Shown: positions 56,140 through 64,000 of the stretch, piece after piece
Position numbering within the stretch: the stretch's first letter is position 1
How the letters are laid out: every line of letters starts with the position of its first letter
Assembly: GCA_964016885.1 (NCBI GenBank)
Contig: OZ024740.1
Coordinates: forward strand, 255,130,001 to 255,194,000
Source of the DNA: Eledone cirrhosa
Lineage: Eukaryota
Length of the DNA: 64,000 nucleotides
Direction of reading: 5' to 3'
Notes under the pieces: generated by a model
Seen by the model: only the letters and a program-made list of their open reading frames with translations
Database searches by the model: none
Told to the model about the DNA's origin: nothing
Translations under genes and position numbers: made by a program

Positions 56140-57390
56140 CAATACTTAAGAACGGAATTGAATGCAAGGAATAGGATCGATGCCATAAACACGCTTGCCA
56201 TACCAGTAGTAACCTACAGTTACAATGTCATCAACTGGTCAAGCACAGAGATCCGTAGGTTCGATAAAAAAATTCGAAAATTCTTAACCATGCACAGAAT
56301 GCATCACCCTAAGGCAGATATAGATAGAATATATCTCCCTAGGAAAGAAGGAGGACGTGGGTTAATCCAGTTAGACATTGCGTTGAAAACTGCAAGAATT
56401 GGATTATCTACATATCTAAGGGAATCACATGATTGGATGATCAAACTCGTTTTGAAACACGAAAGCATCAAAAGATCATATTCCATTACAAAAGATGCCC
56501 AAAGATACAGTAATGGACTACAAATTTCAGAAGTCCCATTTACTGCTGAAATGGAAAACACAGAAAAAGCAAAGCAGGTAAAAGTAACTGCAAAGAAAGA
56601 ACTGCTACAGAAACTGGCTAAGAAATGGCAAGAAAAGCCTCTGTATGGAAAATACCCAGAGCGAGCTAACAATCCTGATGTTGACAAAACTTTAACCCAT
56701 CAGTGGTTGGCATCCTCTGGACTGAAATCGGAGACTGAAGGACTGATTATATCAGCACAAGATCAGTGTCTGCCAACAAAAAATTACCAAGCCAACATAA
56801 TAAAAAATGGATGCAGCCCATTATGCCGTGTATGCAAAAAACAACTAGAGACCATTGACCATATAATTTCAATGTGCAGTCCTATAGCTCCAACCGAATA
56901 CCTAAACAGGCATGACAGAGCTGCACAATACATACATTGGATAATGTGTAAGCATTTTGACCTGCCCCATCAAAAGAATTGGTGGGAGCATCAACCACCT
57001 CCCATATTTGAAAAAGATCACATCTCAATCTTGTGGAACTTTAGCATCCAAACAGACCGAAAAATAGATGCAAACAGACCTGATATAATATTGAAAGACT
57101 TTAAAAAGAGGGTATGCCTGCTAATTGATATGTCTGTTCCAATAGACAAGAATGTATCTATAAAAACATTTGAAAAATTGAGCAAGTATAAGGACCTGGA
57201 GATAGAAATTGGAAAAATGTGTAAATTGAGAACTAAAACAATACCAGTGGTTGTAGGCGCTCTGGGAATGATACCTAAGGGGTCTAATGATTACTTATCG
57301 CAAATCCCAGGAAACCCGCGTATAGGAGAAATACAAAAGATAGTACTAATGGGAACTGCCCATATACTAAGGAAGATTCTGTCAATATAA
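56140..57390 (+). pseudogene. 5'-truncated Dong/R4 LINE ORF (RT thumb, CCHC knuckle, restriction-like endonuclease)
   Basis: AINTLAIPVVTYS; YLPRKEGGRGL; CRVCKKQLETIDHIISMC; RHD; RPDII..IDMS..EKLSKY. Confidence 0.9.
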
Positions 57391-57533
57391 GTACATCACA
57401 AGTCTAAACACTAAAGATGCATGTGTGAATATGTATGTTCTTTCTTGAACATGGCGGACCTTGTTGTCTCTTGAGGTCACTGGTTGTGACTTGGTGATAA
57501 CTCGTATGAACATAAAGCAAGATAAATGCAACT

Positions 57534-57567
<34 letters not shown>

Positions 57568-57777
57568 TAATAATAGTACTATCTCAAAAAGTTTCCAGGA
57601 ATGGTTAAAGAAAATTGGCCCCACCACGCTTTTTGGAACGCTTCAAAAGGCATGCTTGCTGGGAACAGCAAGAACTCTCCGATACGTCCTGAATATCTCA
57701 GGCTGCAGGTAGTGGTTTGATATTCATTTCAACAAACTTTCCTGTTAACTAACATCAATGACTGAGACTCAAAGAAC

Positions 57778-57821
<44 letters not shown>

Positions 57822-59615
57822 TTGGATGATATCTACATATCTAAGGGAATCACATGATTGGATGATCAAACTCGTTTTGAAACACGAAAGCATCAAAAGA
57901 TCATATTCCATTACAAAAGATGCCCAAAGATACAGTAATGGACTACAAATTTCAGAAGTCCCATTTACTGCTGAAATGGAAAACACAGAAAAAGCAAAGC
58001 AGGTAAAAGTAACTGCAAAGAAAGAACTGCTACAGAAACTGGCTAAGAAATGGCAAGAAAAGCCTCTGTATGGAAAATACCCAGAGCGAGCTAACAATCC
58101 TGATGTTGACAAAACTTTAACCCATCAGTGGTTGGCATCCTCTGGACTGAAATCGGAGACTGAAGGACTGATTATATCAGCACAAGATCAGTGTCTGCCA
58201 ACAAAAAATTACCAAGCCAACATAATAAAAAATGGATGCAGCCCATTATGCCGTGTATGCAAAAAACAACTAGAGACCATTGACCATATAATTTCAATGT
58301 GCAGTCCTATAGCTCCAACCGAATACCTAAACAGGCATGACAGAGCTGCACAATACATACATTGGATAATGTGTAAGCATTTTGACCTGCCCCATCAAAA
58401 GAATTGGTGGGAGCATCAACCACCTCCCATACTTGAAAAAGATCACATCTCAATCTTGTGGAACTTTAGCATCCAAACAGACCGAACAATAGATGCAAAT
58501 AGACCTGATATAATATTGAAGGACTTTAAAAAGAGGGTATGCCTGCTAATTGATATGTTCCAATAGACAAGAATGTATCTATAAAAACATTTGAAAAATT
58601 GAGCAAGTATAAGGACCTGGAGATAGAAATTGGAAAAATGTGGAAATTGAGAACTAAAACAATACCATTGGTTGTAGGCGCTCTGGGAATGATACCTAAG
58701 GGGTCTAATGATTACTTATCGCAAATCCCAGGAAACCCACGTATAGGAGAAATACAAAAGATAGTACTAATGGGAACTGCCCATATACTAAGAAAGATTC
58801 TGTCAATATAAGTACATCACAAGTCTAAACACTAAAGATGCATGTGTGAGTATGTATGTTCTTTCTTGAACATGGCGGACCTTGTTGTCTCTTGAGGTCA
58901 CTGGTTGTGACTTGGTGATAACTCGTATGAACATAAAGCAAGATAAATGCAACTATAATAATAATAATAATAATAATAATAACATAATAAAAAATGGATG
59001 TAGCCCATTATGCCGTGTATGCAAAAAACAACCAGAGACCATTGACCATATAATTTCAATGTGCAGTCCTATAGCCCCAACCGAATACCTAAACAGGCAT
59101 GACAGAGCTGCACAATATATACATTGGATAATGTGTAAGCATTTTGACCTGCCCCATCAAAAGAATTGGTGGGAGCATCAACCACCTCCCATACTTGAAA
59201 AAGATCACATCTCAATCTTGTGGAACTTTAGCATCCAAACAGACCGAAAAATAGATGCAAATAGACCTGATATAATATTGAAGGACTTTAAAAAGAGGGT
59301 ATGCCTGCTAATTGATATGTCTGTTCCAATAGAGGTAGGCGCTCTGGGAATGATACCTAAGGGGGCTAATGATTACTTATCGCAAATCCCAGGAAACCCG
59401 CGTATAGGAGAAATACAAAAGATAGTACTAATGGGAACTGCCCATATACTAAGGAAGATTCTGTCAATATAAGTACATCACAAGTCTAAACACTAAAGAT
59501 GCATGTGTGAATATGTATGTTCTTTCTTGAACATGGCGGACCTTGTTGTCTCTTGAGGTCACTGGTTGTGACTTGGTGATAACTCGTATGAACATAAAGC
59601 AAGATAAATGCAACT

Positions 59616-59652
<37 letters not shown>

Positions 59653-59969
59653 TAATAATAGTACTATCTCAAAAAGTTTCCAGGAATGGTTAAAGAAAAT
59701 TGGCCCCACCACGCTTTTTGGAACGCTTCAAAAGGCATGCTTGCTGGGAACAGTACTAATGGGAACTGCCCATATACTAAGAAAGATTCTGTCAATATAA
59801 GTACATCACAAGTCTAAACACTAAAGATGCATGTGTGAGTATGTATGTTCTTTCTTGAACATGGCGGACCTTGTTGTCTCTTGAGGTCACTGGTTGTGAC
59901 TTGGTGATAACTCGTATGAACATAAAGCAAGATAAATGCAACTGTAATAATAATAATAATAATAATAAT
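56140..59969 (+). mobile_element. Head-to-tail stack of 5'-truncated Dong/R4 copies separated by (TAA)n
   Basis: The same 3' end KILSI* plus ~145-nt UTR at 57390, 58811, 59472 and 59800. Short 3' ends of a second family at 57575-57780 and 59660-59752. Confidence 0.92.
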
Positions 59970-60189
59970 GGTTTTTTATATAGGCTCAAGGCCTATATAA
60001 AAATTTGGAGGGAGGGAAAGTCGATTAAATCGACTCCAGTGCGTGACTGGTACTTTATTTTATCGACCCCATAAGGATGAAAGGCAAAGTTAATCTCGGC
60101 GGGATTTGAGCTCAGAGCCGCAACTCTTTGCTGCAAAGCATGGCGTTCGACCCTCTACCGATACTACTACTACTAATAATAATAGTAAT

Positions 60190-61500
60190 AAACGAAAGAT
60201 ATATACTTTATATCATCACTATTTATTTCATTATATATATTTAGAAGATGTAAGGTTTATGTATAACATCAAACAACATGTCCTCGTCAGACAAAATACA
60301 GTTGGTTTAAAACGTTTTATAAATTATTTAAAATATAACGCAATTATATTGGTAAAAAAAAAGTGACCGTTATTCAGTTTATATATTGCTTATATTCAAA
60401 TAAACTAAAAATATATGTTATATCAAAGAAAAAAAAAAGGAAAAAATATTCTAGGAAACGAAAGTAGCATTATAAAAATATAATAATAAAGGGGAAAGAA
60501 TTTGGATTACAAAATTTGTAGGTAAATTATCTTTGTTTATTTATAATTTGATTTTGAAATTATACGAGTTGAAAAGTATTTAATAATTGATATGGGTTTA
60601 TATATATAACTGAGTAGGTTATAATGTTGTGAGGTAAATTATTTAGTTCAAAAGAAGGGAAATAATTACCGAGGTCAAATTTATCAATTCAATAATTTTA
60701 TTTAAGTAGGTAAAATACGAATAGAAGAGACTATACATACTTTGTGTAACTATTTTAGAAGGAAAGATGTATGCATTATAGCTTAATTTATTAATTTACA
60801 TTAAATTTAATTTATTTAAATACAACCTAAAGTTAAGGTAGATGAAAAAATTGTAACGAAGAAAGATTATAACGGAGAAAAATAACGGAGGAATATTAAT
60901 TAACTTATTTTCTCCAATAATCTAGAGTTTCAAAATAAAGATAACAAAATCGCTTAAAAATTATATATAAAGGAATATTTTGTTATTTTTTATATAAAGC
61001 TTAACTAAGAACTCTAAACATTTTCGAGAATAGGTGGAGACAAGAATTATAAATTATATATAAAGGAATAATCTCTATTTTGTTATCTATTATAAAGCTT
61101 AACTAAAAACTCTATGAAACGTTTTCGAGAATTGGTGGAGGCACGAATTAAAGATTCCAGATTAAAGATTCTATTATTAAAAATATAAAGAATTTCAGTG
61201 GTACAGAGGTCACAACACTTAGAAATGGAAGAATTTTTATAGGGTAAAGCATTAGAAAGTTTGTGCCAAGAAAGAGAATATTCTATATTATTTTCTTTAA
61301 GCAACCAAATTAATTCAGATAAAGCTGTACTTAATCTTTTATCTTCTCTTTTGAACGTGTGACGATGGTTGTATTACCTTTCTTATGGTTGTACTACCTT
61401 TCTTTAAATTCAGAGGAAGTGACACCAATATAATTACAAGACTTATCTTTTGTTTTAACAATGCATTTATGAACTAAATTACGATCAAGACAGTGAATCA
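60190..61500 (-). mobile_element. 5'-truncated PLE 3' end (GIY-YIG remnant 61083-61495, AT-rich UTR, decayed HHR 60222-60299)
   Basis: CLDRNLVHKCIVKTKDKSCNYIGVTS; STALSELIWLLKENNIEYSLSW..CDLCTTE; minus strand TATTTTGT CTGACGA GGAC. Confidence 0.75.
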
Positions 61501-61509
61501 CCTTTCCTA

Positions 61510-61547
61510 TCATATCATGTTTCCGGATACAATGTGAGCCACAGTCT

Positions 61548-61620
<73 letters not shown>

Positions 61621-63815
61621 GATCCTACACAATGAGCTACCATACTCCTTGTTAATATGGTGTTTCACCCACTTCGTTCTGAGGGCTTGCTCTTGTGCAG
61701 CCATTAGCATTCCTTCTGTAGCTTTTTTAAGGTCTCCTCTTTTTAACCAGTTCCATGTCTGTGGATCTCTGAATTCCGTTTTCTTAAAGAAGGTGCCATG
61801 AAGGGATTTTTCATGACGGTTTCTCTTCCTCCTTGCTGTTATTTCTTCCTTAGACATCCCCTGGTCTACTTTATTCTCCTTCAGTAAAACTTTGAGCAAT
61901 GACTCACTTCTGTCAGACACATATTTGTGCAGACTGTTTTTCTCCATCTGAACACAGTCCTCTGTGCTGATAAGACCTTTTCCACCTTCAGATCTCTTTA
62001 AGTAGAGTCTATCAACATCACTCCTCTTGTGGAACATGCTGTAGGTAGCCATTAGCTTCCTAGTCTTTCTATCCATTTCTTTTTGTTCAGCAACATTCCA
62101 TTTCAGAATTCCCGCACTGTACCTAATAATAGACACAGCTCGGGAATTTACTGCACCTATGACATTCCTACAATTTAGATGTGATTTTAGTATGTTCCTT
62201 ACTCTCCTTATGTATTCTCTTATGAATTCCTTCATTTTTTTGTTCTTGATGTCATCTGCCTCCAGAACACCTAAATATTTGTATCCTTCTTCAGTGTCAA
62301 TTTCCTTTATCATCTCACCTGTTTGTACCTGGATTCCGTTGCTTCTGTTCAATTTACTCCTCTTCATCACTAGGACTCCACACTAACATCAAATTGTATA
62401 CATATATCATTGCTGAAAATACAGACAGGGTTAGCAAGAACATCCAACTCCCTCTCACCTTTAACAAAGAGTTTAAGATCGTCCATGAAGAGCAGGTGGT
62501 TGATGGTAAGCACTCCTTTTCCCATATTGTATCCTTCTCTCACTTTTCGCAATATGAGGGACAAAAGTATGAGGGCAAGGACAAACAAAAAAGGGGACAA
62601 ACTATCTCCTTGGAAGATACCTCTCTTGATCTTCACGCCTCCCAATGATTCTCCACCTGATGTTAGCTCTGTTTCCCAGGACTTCATACTTTTACTTAAT
62701 AGCTGTCTGATATTGTCTGCCACCTTGAAGATCTCTAGGCCTTTGGTTATCCAACAATGAGGTACCATGTCGAATGCCTTTTTGTAATCTATACATCCCA
62801 TGGTAAGACCAGTATGCCTCCTCTTGCAATTCCTTATTACCATCTTATCAATAAGTAACTTTGCACTTTTTGCTACTATGCGTTTCCTCAGTTCCTCTAT
62901 GATAACATTGAACTCTTTTCCCCTAGTTTTGTATTTTATTTTCAATCTATCTTTAATGTCTATGTTTTGTAATGTCCCGTACTGTAAAGACTCAAGCTTT
63001 CCAATGTCTTTTCTCATTTCCTTGATTTGACCATTCAGTCGTTTCCTTTAGTTTTTATAACAAGCAATTTTTTCACCACATTTGCGGTTGCTTTGAGGAT
63101 ATTGTTGCATGGGTGAAGGTTCCTCGCATCAAGGTATGGGATAACCCTGTTTACCTTGGTTGTTGTTTCTTTTAACGTTTTCCTGTCTACAAATCTTAGG
63201 TTCATAGGATTTCCACTATCATTGTTCATTTCAGCGACCACTAAGTTCAGAATATCAACCAAATCTTGCCCTAGCCCGTCAGCATTCATTTCCCCAATAG
63301 CCTTATCTTTGTTCCAGGTATTATTTATTCCAGCATTCAGATCATTGTCTGCTTCGGTTGCTTCCTCAGGTCTCTCAACCTCTTCACCTTCATTTCCCAC
63401 TGGTTCATTTGCCTGATATACTCTACTCTCCATTTCCAACTCAATCTCTCTGCTCAGTTCCTCCAGTTGCAGCTCGCTTATCCATCCATTACTTCTTATT
63501 ACACGAGCCTGCCCGGCCAATTTTTGTTCATCTAATTTAAATAGACCAATCTCGTTCCAGTTGTTATGCATCCGTTTCCTATAGCATTTTCCCATGGGGT
63601 TACTCTTCAGGTAACATTTCATGACAGTTCTATTCAATTCTTTCGTCCAGTTGGTTCTTGTCCCATTCCTTCTTCCTCCAAAACCAGCAGTATTTGGATG
63701 ACAGCCAGGTCCCTGCTGCTGGGCCATGGAGCACTTACTGGGTGAGAGTCTTTCACATGAAGTTCCAGCCTCCTTTTCACCGTTATTCGAACTGTATAGG
63801 TTTGACATTTAAACA
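61510..63815 (-). pseudogene. Decayed Dong/R4 LINE (N-terminus, RT, thumb) with frameshifts, an internal deletion and a (GA)n insertion
   Basis: IDYKKAFDMVPH; RGIFQGDSLSPFLF; NHLLFMDDLKL; YKYLGV; RLYLKRSEGGKGL; TEGMLMAAQEQAL. Confidence 0.9.
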
Positions 63816-64000
63816 CGCATATCGAGGATTAGTGAATTTATGGTTGCACCACGGTTTTTAGCGTGACACCATTACGTTTTGGGGCAATTTATGTGACATT
63901 TATCTATCATTATTTTTTGTTCTGTTTTTAATGTTTTCCAAATGTGAATCCTGAAGTCATATTGGCAGTATCGGTAGAGCGTCGGACGCCATGCTTTGAC

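Noticed and set aside
56056-56140. N-terminus of the 444-aa ORF as a real start
   Set aside because: It derives from the 3' UTR of the preceding LINE fragment. Homology begins at ~56140 and the RT core is missing.

Overview
AT-rich, repeat-saturated animal DNA with no convincing host gene. The mix of (TA)n/(CA)n microsatellites, Dong/R4-type LINEs and tRNA-derived SINEs suggests an octopus or other cephalopod, which is an inference. Most listed ORFs are microsatellite translations. The one intact long ORF (7962-11066) is a Penelope-like retroelement (PLE) with RT and a C-terminal GIY-YIG endonuclease, probably Naiad/Neptune type, with a hammerhead ribozyme (HHR) in its 3' pLTR. Reading both strands by eye, I count about 40 type-I HHR motifs in more than 12 otherwise dissimilar short element families. 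Nearly all sit in (TA)n tracts as fold-back or tandem (retrozyme-like) units. They include a family with a compensatory U3-A8 core, U4C variants, and a shared ACTCC...TTGAGTGCTT tail motif. Also present are decayed PLE, Dong/R4, CRE, RTE and Helitron fragments, a stacked Dong/R4 3'-end array in (TAA)n, SINEs, a MITE, a 56-bp minisatellite and a 200-N gap. Coordinates were counted by hand and may be off by a few bases. No ribozyme activity has been tested.
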